A DNA stretch of 64,000 nt from Thermoplasmata archaeon (GTDB taxonomy: Archaea; Thermoplasmatota; E2; JACPAO01; JAHFTW01). Shown here in pieces: positions 52,686 to 62,340 of this stretch. The stretch covers positions 288,001-352,000 of the forward strand of contig JAXDQS010000001.1 of NCBI GenBank assembly GCA_034667725.1. Reading direction: 5' to 3'. The position numbers and the translations under genes were made by a program. A model generated the notes under the pieces. That model saw only the letters and a program-made list of their open reading frames with translations. It was not told the origin of the DNA and ran no database searches. The first letter of the stretch is position 1; each line of letters begins with the position of its first letter.

Positions 52686-54275
52686 TCACAACGGGGCAAG
52701 AGGCCCCTTCTCGGCGTAGAGCGACGGCCCGTCCTCCAGGATGGCCACGACGCCTTCGCGGTCGCGCGAGTCCTCGGGCTTGCCGTCGGGCCCGACGCAG
52801 TCGTCGGAGGTGCAGCCGTCGGCGAACGCGACGAAGACGCGGCCGTCCTTGTCGAGCGACAGGTCGTTGAAGTCCAGCAGGTTGCGGTTCGAGCCGCCCA
52901 GGTCGCGGCAGTCGCCAGAGCTGATGCAGATGCTGCCCACCTGGACGGGGTCGTCGGTGACGCGCACGTGGGTCCACGTCGGGTTGGCGGAGAGCGCGTC
53001 CAGGCTGAAGCTGACCCAGAGGTGGTAGCGGGCGGCGGCGGGCGCCGTGTGCGGGTTGCCGTCCCACGGGTCGCCGTCGATGTTGTCGGTGCCCAGCAGG
53101 GCCGCGTCCTCGGAGCCCAGGTACGCCACCGCGATGCGGCCAGGGTCGCCGGCCTGGATGTGCGGGAAGGTGGTGCTCACGACCGAGGGCGCGGACGCCA
53201 CCAGGCTCAGGGCGTCCCACTTGCCGCCGCCGTCGGTGCTGCGCGACAGGTAGGTGCGGGCGTCCTTGCCGACCCAGGTGAAGTAGGCGTTCGACGCGGA
53301 GTCGGTGGCGACCTCCGAGTTCTTGCGCGGGCTCGGGGTGCCCGCGTCCTTGCCAAGCTCGGTGTAGGTCCACGAGAAGCCGTTGTCCTTGCTGACCAGG
53401 ACTCCCGGCGACTCCAGGCGGGGCGGCACGTACACGGTGCCGTCCGGCGCGGTCGTGATGGCGCCGTGCAGGCCGGCGTTCGTCATCGCCACGCCGGTGC
53501 CGCTGGCGCCCGCCTCGAAGGTGGCGCCGCCGTCCAGGCTGGTGTAGCAGGTCACGGTGCCGACCACGACGACGCCGGTGTTGCGGCAGACGTAGACCGC
53601 CTGGTCGTACGCGCCCGCGGCCTTGCCGGCGGCGCCGAAGCCGGCGTCGGTCCAGGGGCCGGTGGCGACCTTCATGTGGTCCACGCTCGGGTTGGGGCCG
53701 CAGTCGAGCGGGTTGCCGAGCCAGGTGGCGCCGTCGTCGTCGGACCAGGAAATCCAGCACGACTGGGTGTTCACCATCTGGACGCTGAAGACCCGGTCGG
53801 TCACGGGGTCCACCCACAGGTAGGGGTCGCTCGTGTCGGTGGCCAGGAAGGGGCTCGTGAGCTGCTCCCACGACTTGCCCTGGTCGCACGACCGCATCAG
53901 GTCCTGCAGCGCCACGAAGAACATGCAGCCCGAGTCGGTGACGCCGATGCTGGGCTCGGGGCCGTCGCGGCCGACGCGCGACAGGCGGAACGAGAGCGCC
54001 GGCGCCGCCTGCAACGGGTCGGTGCCGGCCGTCAGCTCCACGCCGTCGAGCACGCCGTCGCCGTCCGTGTCCGCCCGGGTCGCGTCGGTGCCGGCCGCCA
54101 CCTCGTCGGCGTCCCCCAGCGCGTCGCCGTCGGTGTCGGCCAGCTCCGGGTTGGTGCCAAGCTCCTGCTCGCGGGCGTCCATGAGGCCGTCGCCGTCGCT
54201 GTCGGTGTCTTGGGCGCAGCCCGCCAGAGCCGTGGCAACCATCAGGGCCGCGAGGGCCATCGTCCAGAAGCGCAT
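52686..54275 (-). CDS. BNR/Asp-box beta-propeller lipoprotein with Ca-binding DxDGDG repeats
   Basis: LAGC lipobox; DSDGDG/DTDGD repeats; SxDxGxxW Asp-boxes. Confidence 0.8.
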   Translation of the reverse strand: MRFWTMALAALMVATALAGCAQDTDSDGDGLMDAREQELGTNPELADTDGDALGDADEVAAGTDATRADTDGDGVLDGVELTAGTDPLQAAPALSFRLSRVGRDGPEPSIGVTDSGCMFFVALQDLMRSCDQGKSWEQLTSPFLATDTSDPYLWVDPVTDRVFSVQMVNTQSCWISWSDDDGATWLGNPLDCGPNPSVDHMKVATGPWTDAGFGAAGKAAGAYDQAVYVCRNTGVVVVGTVTCYTSLDGGATFEAGASGTGVAMTNAGLHGAITTAPDGTVYVPPRLESPGVLVSKDNGFSWTYTELGKDAGTPSPRKNSEVATDSASNAYFTWVGKDARTYLSRSTDGGGKWDALSLVASAPSVVSTTFPHIQAGDPGRIAVAYLGSEDAALLGTDNIDGDPWDGNPHTAPAAARYHLWVSFSLDALSANPTWTHVRVTDDPVQVGSICISSGDCRDLGGSNRNLLDFNDLSLDKDGRVFVAFADGCTSDDCVGPDGKPEDSRDREGVVAILEDGPSLYAEKGPLAPL

Positions 54276-54420
54276 GGGGCGGCCAGCCGAGGAGGGCCGC
54301 AAGAACCTATGCCTAGGGCTACAGGACGAAGTCGAGGCCCATGTCAGGCCTTGGCGCCCGCAGGGCGGCAAGGCCGCGACCGGGACGGCCGCTGCTGCTG
54401 AAGCGAGCGAAGCGAGGCTT

Positions 54421-55569
54421 TCAGAGCACGAAGTCTAGTCCCATGTCTTTCTTCTGCCGCGCCTGCTTCTGCGCGGTCGGGCCCAGGATCTGGCGCGACT
54501 TAACGCCCGTGATGACGAGCATGACCCGGATGGTGTGGTCGAGGTTCTCGTCGATGTTGGCGCCCCACAGGATGCGGGCGTCCTTGTTGACGCGGTTGTG
54601 GATCTCCTCGACGACGCGCATCACTTCCTGCATCGTCATGTCGCGGCCGCCCACGACGTTGACCAGGGCGCCGGTGGCGTCCGAGATGTCCACGTCCAGC
54701 AAGGGGGAGTTGAGCGCCTCCAGCACGGCGTTGCGGGCGCGGTCCTCGCCGTCCGCCTCGCCCAGGCCGATCATCGCGACACCGCCGCGCTTCATGATGG
54801 TCTTGAGGTCCGCGAAGTCGCGGTTGACGAGGCCGGGCTTGGTGACGATCTCGGTGATGCCCTTGATGGAGCGCATCAGGATGGAGTCGGCGACCTTGAA
54901 CGCCTCCACCAGCTTGAGGCGGGGCGCCACCTCCAAGAGCTTCTGGTTGGGCACGACGATGACGGTGTCGCACACGTCCCGGAGGCGGGCCAGGCCGGCC
55001 TCCGCGTTCTCCATGCGGACGGCGCCCTCGTAGTCGAAGGGCAGGCTGCACACGGCGATGGTGAGGGCGCCGGCCTCGCGGGCCAGGCGGGCCACGACGG
55101 GGGCGGAGCCGGTGCCGGTGCCGCCGCCGAGGCCGCAGGTGACGAACACGATGTCCGCGCCCGTGACCTGGGAGCGCAGGTCCTGCTCGGTCTCCAGCGC
55201 GGCCTCCTCGCCGATCTGGGGCAGGGCGCCGGCGCCGAGGCCCTTGGTGAGGTGGCGGCCGATGAGGATCTTGTTGGGGCTGCGGGTGACCAGCAGGTGC
55301 TGGGCGTCGGTGTTGAGGGCCACGAGCTCGATGTCGCCCAGGTCCTCCTCGGTGCAGCGCTGGATGGTGTTGCTGCCGGCGCCGCCGCAGCCGAACACCT
55401 TGATCTTGGTGGTGAGGCTCGCGAGGACCTTCTCCAGGTCGTTGTCGCGCGTGTTGTGGATGGTCGTCTCGCGGGCGGCGGCGCGCGGGTCGAAGCGCGG
55501 GCTGGCGGCGCGTTGTTCAAGCTCGGCCCTTGCGACCGCTTCGCGAATGATGTCCTTCATGATGTGCAT
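54421..55569 (-). CDS. ftsZ: Cell division protein FtsZ (archaeal type)
   Basis: [38 protein letters not shown]; acidic-hydrophobic tail GLDFVL. Confidence 0.96.
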   Translation of the reverse strand: MHIMKDIIREAVARAELEQRAASPRFDPRAAARETTIHNTRDNDLEKVLASLTTKIKVFGCGGAGSNTIQRCTEEDLGDIELVALNTDAQHLLVTRSPNKILIGRHLTKGLGAGALPQIGEEAALETEQDLRSQVTGADIVFVTCGLGGGTGTGSAPVVARLAREAGALTIAVCSLPFDYEGAVRMENAEAGLARLRDVCDTVIVVPNQKLLEVAPRLKLVEAFKVADSILMRSIKGITEIVTKPGLVNRDFADLKTIMKRGGVAMIGLGEADGEDRARNAVLEALNSPLLDVDISDATGALVNVVGGRDMTMQEVMRVVEEIHNRVNKDARILWGANIDENLDHTIRVMLVITGVKSRQILGPTAQKQARQKKDMGLDFVL

Positions 55570-55616
55570 CCCCAAGGAGCGGCGGAGTGCCGTCGCTCCC
55601 ATCCCGGACTGGAAAC

Positions 55617-56096
55617 TTACCCTTTTGCGGATAAGCGTTGGCTTTCTCTCTGGAGGCCGGCCGGCGCAGGGAACGGCCCTTCGCTTCCGGTGGAGGCGCC
55701 CCATCCGGCCAAGCCCCGCAACTGGGCTAGGTCGAACGGCTGGGCCAGGACGCCCACGCCCTGCGCCTCGGCGCGGCGCCGGGTGGGCGCGTCCAGCCAG
55801 CTCGCCACCAGGCAGCAACGGGCGCCGGGGCAGCGCTCCTGCACGGTCGCAAGGAAGCTCAGGCCGTCGGTGCCCGGCATCCGGCCGGCGGCCAGCACGA
55901 GGCCGGGCGAACCGTGCCGCAAGGCCTCCAGCGCCTGCTGCGGCGTGGCGGCGCACGCGATCTCCTGGCGCGGCAGGTCGACCGCGAACAGGCTCCTGAG
56001 GCTCTCGGCGATGTCGTCCTCGCCGCCTACGATCAGCACGCGCAAGGCAAGGACCCTTACGGCGCGCGGGTCTTCAACCGCCGTCCGCGCAAACAT
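55617..56096 (-). CDS. Degenerate response-regulator receiver (pseudo-receiver) protein
   Basis: [40 protein letters not shown]: CheY-like pattern lacking the conserved Asp and Lys residues. Confidence 0.6.
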   Translation of the reverse strand: MFARTAVEDPRAVRVLALRVLIVGGEDDIAESLRSLFAVDLPRQEIACAATPQQALEALRHGSPGLVLAAGRMPGTDGLSFLATVQERCPGARCCLVASWLDAPTRRRAEAQGVGVLAQPFDLAQLRGLAGWGASTGSEGPFPAPAGLQRESQRLSAKG

Positions 56097-56107
56097 GTAT
56101 GCTTCGG

Positions 56108-57406
56108 CTACGCGGCCGGCTTGGCCCCGAGCAGCGGCTCCTCGGTCAGGCTGAACGCGTTGCCCAAGGCGCCCGAGCGCAGCACGTTGTAGGTGACGCC
56201 GACGCGGCCGTCGGGCATCCGGACGGCGTCGAAGTAGTCCGCGAACTCGCGGTCGCCGGTGCAGGTGGTGCCCGAGATGCAGATGCCGCCCGTCTTGACC
56301 GGTTCCGAGTTGAGCTGGCCCTGGGAGACGGTGCCGTTGCCGAAGAAGTCGGTCGTCCAGGCGAGGGTGACGTTCCAGTCGCCCTGCACGTTGTCGGGGA
56401 AGGCGTCCTCGCCGGCCTCGTAGAACGCGACCGCGGCGTGCCCGTCGGCGCCCGCCACGGCGATCGGGAACACCTTGCTGCCGGTGGCGTCGTCCATGCG
56501 GCGCGCCTGCCAGGTGGCGCCCTCGTCCTTCGAGCCCGCCAGGAAGATGCTGACCTTGTCGCCGTCCGCCTCGCCCCAGGCCAGGTAGACGTTGCCGGCG
56601 TCGTCGGCGGCGCCCGTGACCAGGCCGAGCCCAAGCTGCTGGCCCGCAAGGTCGCCCGCGAAGCCCAGCGTCCAGGCCTGCCCGCCGTCGGAGGTCATGG
56701 CGTAGGCCGCGTGCGCGCCGCCGCCGGTGGCGACCCCGTCGGCGAAGTTGAAGGTGAACCAGACCGAGTCCTTGGCCTGGTTCCAGAAGCCGCCGCCGCC
56801 CCAGCCCGAGTTGCCGGTGGCGAAGATGACGTTGCCCGCGCCCTCCGGCGGGGCCGTGGGCAGCCAAGTGGCGCCGTAGTCGGTGGTCTTGAGCGCGAGC
56901 TGCTGGAAGCTGGGCAGCTGGTGGCTGTAGAGGTACGCCGTGCCGCCGGTGGTCGGGATGACGTACTGGCGGTCGTGGACGGGGCCCGCGCACACGGCCG
57001 GGTTGTTGGTCCAAGTGGCGCCCGCGTCCTTGCTGACCGAGACCGCGTTGCACACCGCGGCATAGAGGCGCGACTCCCACACGGTGCCGTCCACGTCGAC
57101 GGCGAGGTCCGGGTCGTTGTTCGGGATGCCGGGGTACGGGTCGCCGAGGTTGGTCCAGGTGGCGCCGCTGTCCTTGCTCTGGTAGACGTTGCTGAACAGG
57201 TTGGTGTAGAGCGTCCCGTCGGGCGCGACGCCCAGGCTGGGCTCGGCGCCGGAGTCCCCCTTCGCGACGGGCGCCTCGACCCGCACGAACGGCTTGGCCG
57301 CAGGCGGCGGGGGCGGCGGCAGGACCGGCGGGTCGATGGTGTCGCCGCAGCCGGCCAGGGCGGTGAGGGCCACGAGGGCGGCGGCGAGGAGGGGGAGGGT
57401 GCGCAT
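56108..57406 (-). CDS. BNR/Asp-box (sialidase-like) beta-propeller lipoprotein
   Basis: LAGC lipobox; multiple SKDxGATW Asp-boxes. Confidence 0.8.
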   Translation of the reverse strand: MRTLPLLAAALVALTALAGCGDTIDPPVLPPPPPPAAKPFVRVEAPVAKGDSGAEPSLGVAPDGTLYTNLFSNVYQSKDSGATWTNLGDPYPGIPNNDPDLAVDVDGTVWESRLYAAVCNAVSVSKDAGATWTNNPAVCAGPVHDRQYVIPTTGGTAYLYSHQLPSFQQLALKTTDYGATWLPTAPPEGAGNVIFATGNSGWGGGGFWNQAKDSVWFTFNFADGVATGGGAHAAYAMTSDGGQAWTLGFAGDLAGQQLGLGLVTGAADDAGNVYLAWGEADGDKVSIFLAGSKDEGATWQARRMDDATGSKVFPIAVAGADGHAAVAFYEAGEDAFPDNVQGDWNVTLAWTTDFFGNGTVSQGQLNSEPVKTGGICISGTTCTGDREFADYFDAVRMPDGRVGVTYNVLRSGALGNAFSLTEEPLLGAKPAA

Positions 57407-57452
57407 GGGGCGCGCGACGCCGGGCGCCGGACGTAATGCTTGCGGCGCCTCA

Positions 57453-57518
57453 CGAACCACGGATTGCACGGATCGCACGGACCTTTGGTTCCGTGCAATC
57501 CGTGCAATCCGTGGTTCG
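57453..57518. repeat. Long palindrome with 29-bp arms built of 9-nt CACGGATTG units (REP-like element)
   Basis: cgaaccacggattgcacggatcgcacgga-(8 nt)-tccgtgcaatccgtgcaatccgtggttcg; one mismatch. Confidence 0.9.
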
Positions 57519-57534
57519 GTAGCAGGCGCAGCCG

Positions 57535-58818
<1,284 letters not shown>

Positions 58819-58920
58819 GTCAGGGCGGGGACTGAGGTGCAGGAAAAAGGGTTGGCCTTCAGGATAGAAACAAGTGCATGAAGGGCAAAGTCCTAATAGG
58901 TTCGATAAGTCGGAAACGCC

Positions 58921-60102
58921 GTGGTCTGTCGGTTGCTGTGCGCGGTCGCGCTGGCTGTTCTCTGCTCCATGCCTGCAGCGGAGGCGAGTGTCCGGCCGGG
59001 CAACCGCTTCCCCGTCTCGGCCACCGACTTCTACCTCAGCGGCGACGCCGCGGCCGACGGCCTGCTGTCGCTGGCCCCCGAGGTGCCCGCGACCGCGTCG
59101 CAGCTCACCTTCGTGGCCCCGGGCGTCGACGTCCTCGGCCTGTTGGACTTCCCGAGCACCCAGGCCTGGGTCTCCACCCAGCCGTTCCCCAAGGATCTGG
59201 AGGTCACGGACAAGGTCGAGGCGGTCGTCTACTTCACCGCCAACGCGCAGGCCACCGCCATCTTCACCGTGCGCCTGCTGGACGTCGCCCCCGACGGCCA
59301 CCGCGACGAGCTGGCCCGCGACCAGCAGCAGTTCGTCACCGTCCTGTCCCCAACCCCCGTCACCTTCTACCTCGACGCCCAGGGCGCCGTGCTGCAGCGC
59401 AACCACACGCTCCAGCTCGAGCTGCAGGCCGAGACCGCCACCGCGCTGGTCGTGGCCAACTACGGCGGCGAGACCCCCTCCGGCCTGCTGGCCCTGGAGA
59501 CCCGCTGGCTCGACAGCGACGGCGACGGCATCGCCGACTCCGACGAGCTCGACCGGGGCCTGAACCCGCTCGACCCGGCGGACGCCCACGACCTGTTCAT
59601 CGACAACGACCACGACGGCCTCGACGACGACCTGGAGGCCACCATCGGCACCGACCCCCTCGACCCGGACACCGACGGCGACGGCTTCGGCGACGGCATC
59701 GAGGTCCACGCCGGCAGCGACCCGCTCGACCCCGCCTCCACCCCGGAGGACACCGACGGCGACGGCCTGCCCGACTCCTTCGAGGAAATCCACTTCCACA
59801 ACAGCACCAACGGCGGCTCGACCTCGACCACCATCCAAAACACCCTGCCCGGCGACGACCCGGACCAGGACGGCTGCAGCAACCTGTGCGAGGCACAGCA
59901 CGGCACCGACCCGAACGACCCCGACTCCGACGACGACGGGATCCTGGACGGCGCCGAGGTGGCCGCGGGCACCAACCCCGCGAGCCCCGTCGTCGTCGCG
60001 GGCGCCGGCGGCGTCCGCGGCGTCCCCGAGCCGGTGGCCGCCGCCGCGGCCTTCGGCCTCGGCACCGCCGCCGTCCTGTTCGCGCTCCTCCGGAGGCCCT
60101 AG
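58921..60102 (+). CDS. Secreted protein with thrombospondin type 3-like Ca-binding repeats and C-terminal VPEP-TM-RR anchor
   Basis: Signal peptide; DSDGDG/DTDGDG...GTDP repeats; [27 protein letters not shown]. Confidence 0.8.
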   Translation: MVCRLLCAVALAVLCSMPAAEASVRPGNRFPVSATDFYLSGDAAADGLLSLAPEVPATASQLTFVAPGVDVLGLLDFPSTQAWVSTQPFPKDLEVTDKVEAVVYFTANAQATAIFTVRLLDVAPDGHRDELARDQQQFVTVLSPTPVTFYLDAQGAVLQRNHTLQLELQAETATALVVANYGGETPSGLLALETRWLDSDGDGIADSDELDRGLNPLDPADAHDLFIDNDHDGLDDDLEATIGTDPLDPDTDGDGFGDGIEVHAGSDPLDPASTPEDTDGDGLPDSFEEIHFHNSTNGGSTSTTIQNTLPGDDPDQDGCSNLCEAQHGTDPNDPDSDDDGILDGAEVAAGTNPASPVVVAGAGGVRGVPEPVAAAAAFGLGTAAVLFALLRRP

Positions 60103-60105
60103 ACC

Positions 60106-60795
60106 ATGAACGAACGCACCTACATCGGACTGCTTGCGGCCGGACTCGCCGCCAACTGCCTCTTCCTCGGCCTCGCGCTCTTGGACTTCGCCGCCTGGGG
60201 CTCGGCCAACATGTGGCCGATCTTCGTCGGCTGGGCCTTCCTGGTCGTGCTCTTGGTGGTCCTGGCCATCTCCAACCGCCTGCGCCCCGCCGCCGACCCC
60301 CAGCCGGCCATGCCCGAGCCCAAGAAGGCCGACGAGCCCAAGCCGGCCGCCAAGGTCGTCGTCAAGGACACGCCCTTCCAGTTCAACGGCTTCACCCTGC
60401 ACGCCCGCAAGACCGAGCTCAAGGGCGGCGGCAGCCAGGACATCTACTTCTTCGCCAAGCAGAAGCCCAAGTCCGGCCACCCCGTCCCCAAGCCCACGGG
60501 CTACCACGTCGGCGTCAACGAGCGCACCGGCCTGCCGTTCCTGAAGCGCGGCGCCGGCCAGGACGGCGAGGACCTCACCCCGGACCTGGAGCCCGGCTAC
60601 CGCCCCCAGTGCTCCGCGCTCACCGAGGAGGGCCACCAGTGCCGCAACTCCGCCCGCGAGTCGTCGAAGTACTGCATCAGCCACTTCGGCTACCAGCCCC
60701 CGCTCATCGCCAAGGCGGCCGCCGCCCGCGAGGACACCAAGCCGCGCGTCAAGGGCGCTGCGGACACCAAGCCGTCGGTGCGCAAGGCGGCGTAG
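60106..60795 (+). CDS. Membrane protein with small basic domain and Cys/His finger
   Basis: Two TM helices; TLH...IYFFAK...[10 protein letters not shown]; [11 protein letters not shown]...YCISH. Confidence 0.75.
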   Translation: MNERTYIGLLAAGLAANCLFLGLALLDFAAWGSANMWPIFVGWAFLVVLLVVLAISNRLRPAADPQPAMPEPKKADEPKPAAKVVVKDTPFQFNGFTLHARKTELKGGGSQDIYFFAKQKPKSGHPVPKPTGYHVGVNERTGLPFLKRGAGQDGEDLTPDLEPGYRPQCSALTEEGHQCRNSARESSKYCISHFGYQPPLIAKAAAAREDTKPRVKGAADTKPSVRKAA

Positions 60796-60858
60796 GCCAC
60801 CAGCAGCCTGCCGCGGCAGCAACCCTCGAATGGCCCGCGTCGCATGGGCCCGGCCGCC

Positions 60859-60957
60859 ATGACCGAGCGCCCCGCCCCGATGGCCCCGCCCCGCAAGCCG
60901 CGCGAGCCGCGCACCGAGTACGACGGCGGCTTCGGCGACGACGACGAAGCCCAGTAG
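60859..60957 (+). CDS. Possible 32-aa small protein
   Basis: [32 protein letters not shown] with host-like codon use; below the ORF-track cutoff. Confidence 0.3.
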   Translation: MTERPAPMAPPRKPREPRTEYDGGFGDDDEAQ

Positions 60958-61033
60958 CCGCTGGTTGCACATTCCCAGAACCGAACGGTTGGTTCTTATC
61001 CAGGGTCCTCTCGCTGCCAAAATTGAGGAGCCC

Positions 61034-61492
61034 ATGTACGCCTGCCCCCACTGCAACGCCATCAACATGTTCATGGCCTACCAGGACGGCAGCCTCATCC
61101 GCGTCCTGGAGGACCATGAAGACACCGAGATGCTCGGCGAAGTCTCCGAGCTGCTGTGCATCGAGTGCAACAACTGGTTCCCCAACCCGCAGCTCGACGC
61201 CCACCAGCGCGTGCTGACCGGCGAGCTCGTCACCATCACCGGCCTCAAGGGCAACGGCACCATCAAGACGGTCGCCACCGGCGTCACCTTCCCGTTCCAC
61301 TACGACACCTACGAGGAGGAGGCCGCCCGCGTGCTGTCCGGCCAGCCCCAGAAGTTCATCCAGGACCTGTTCGAGTTCACGCACCACAGCGACAACACCT
61401 TGGGCCTGCGCGTCAAGGAGCCTGGCAACCCGAACACCTGGGTGTACCGGCTCGACAAGAAGCGCCTCAAGAAGGCGCTGCACCACCGCTAG
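61034..61492 (+). CDS. Zinc-ribbon hypothetical protein
   Basis: CPHC...CIEC; GAGGAG upstream of the ATG; strong GC3. Confidence 0.75.
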   Translation: MYACPHCNAINMFMAYQDGSLIRVLEDHEDTEMLGEVSELLCIECNNWFPNPQLDAHQRVLTGELVTITGLKGNGTIKTVATGVTFPFHYDTYEEEAARVLSGQPQKFIQDLFEFTHHSDNTLGLRVKEPGNPNTWVYRLDKKRLKKALHHR

Positions 61493-61510
61493 GCGCCGAC
61501 AGAAACCGGG

Positions 61511-61750
61511 ATGAAGCCGCAGCCGCTGGCCCCGGGCATGGAGACCCAGAACCAGGCCGTCCCTCTGCACCGCGGCAAGTTCACCCGCAGCAAGACGGAC
61601 CGGCGGATCGCCGGCGTGTGCGGCGGCCTTGCGCGCTACTTCGGCATCGACGCCACCTTGGTGCGCGTCCTCGCGGTCCTGAGCATCTTCGCCGGCGGCA
61701 TCGGCCTGCTGGCCTACATCCTGCTCTGGATCTTCACCGACGAGGCATAG
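61511..61750 (+). CDS. PspC domain protein
   Basis: [28 protein letters not shown]...AYILLWI; start may be 61538. Confidence 0.92.
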   Translation: MKPQPLAPGMETQNQAVPLHRGKFTRSKTDRRIAGVCGGLARYFGIDATLVRVLAVLSIFAGGIGLLAYILLWIFTDEA

Positions 61751-61751
61751 G

Positions 61752-62216
61752 TTGGCCGACGCCCGGCCGCGCTACCACTGGCTGAAGCTCCGGGCCGTGG
61801 CCCACCCCACCGAGGACGTCGCCAAGGTCGAGGCCTCGCTGCGGTTCGTGAGCGGGCTGGACGAGGCGGCGTTCGCGGCGGCCCGCAAGGACACCCCGAT
61901 GGACACCCACCACGGCCTCACGCTGCACGTGCTGGAGGCCACCGTGGAGAAGTCGCGCGCCATCCGCGACGTGCTGGAGCGCGTGTTCGCCCTCCCCGGC
62001 GCCCTCGACCGGCTGCGCGCGACCGCCGATGCCCGCGTCGACGACGACGGCATCCTCTACCTGCGCCTCGACAAGCAGGCCGCCCACGACGGCCGGCTGG
62101 AGCTGCTGGACGGCGAGGACGCGGTGCAGGCCCGGCTCAAGCTGGAGAGCTACCCCGCCACCCGCGCGGCCGCCGTCGCCGCGGTGCAGGCGATGCTCGC
62201 CTCCGGCCGCCCATGA
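61752..62216 (+). CDS. DUF54/UPF0201 archaeal putative RNA-binding protein
   Basis: HPTEDVAKV, LYLRLDKQAA. Confidence 0.85.
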   Translation: MADARPRYHWLKLRAVAHPTEDVAKVEASLRFVSGLDEAAFAAARKDTPMDTHHGLTLHVLEATVEKSRAIRDVLERVFALPGALDRLRATADARVDDDGILYLRLDKQAAHDGRLELLDGEDAVQARLKLESYPATRAAAVAAVQAMLASGRP

Positions 62217-62340
62217 CTTCAGGGTTGGAGCGCCAATCCTTTATCAGCAGGGGTCCCTGCGCGGCTGCCCCTGGGAGAGCGTCCGCCATGGTGACCTGCT
62301 GGAACCCCTGCCTCGCCCTCCTCGCCTTGGAGACCCGTTG

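Noticed and set aside
57453-57518. CRISPR array
   Set aside because: One palindrome of tandem 9-mers with no spacers and no cas genes; no CRISPR array seen anywhere in the window.
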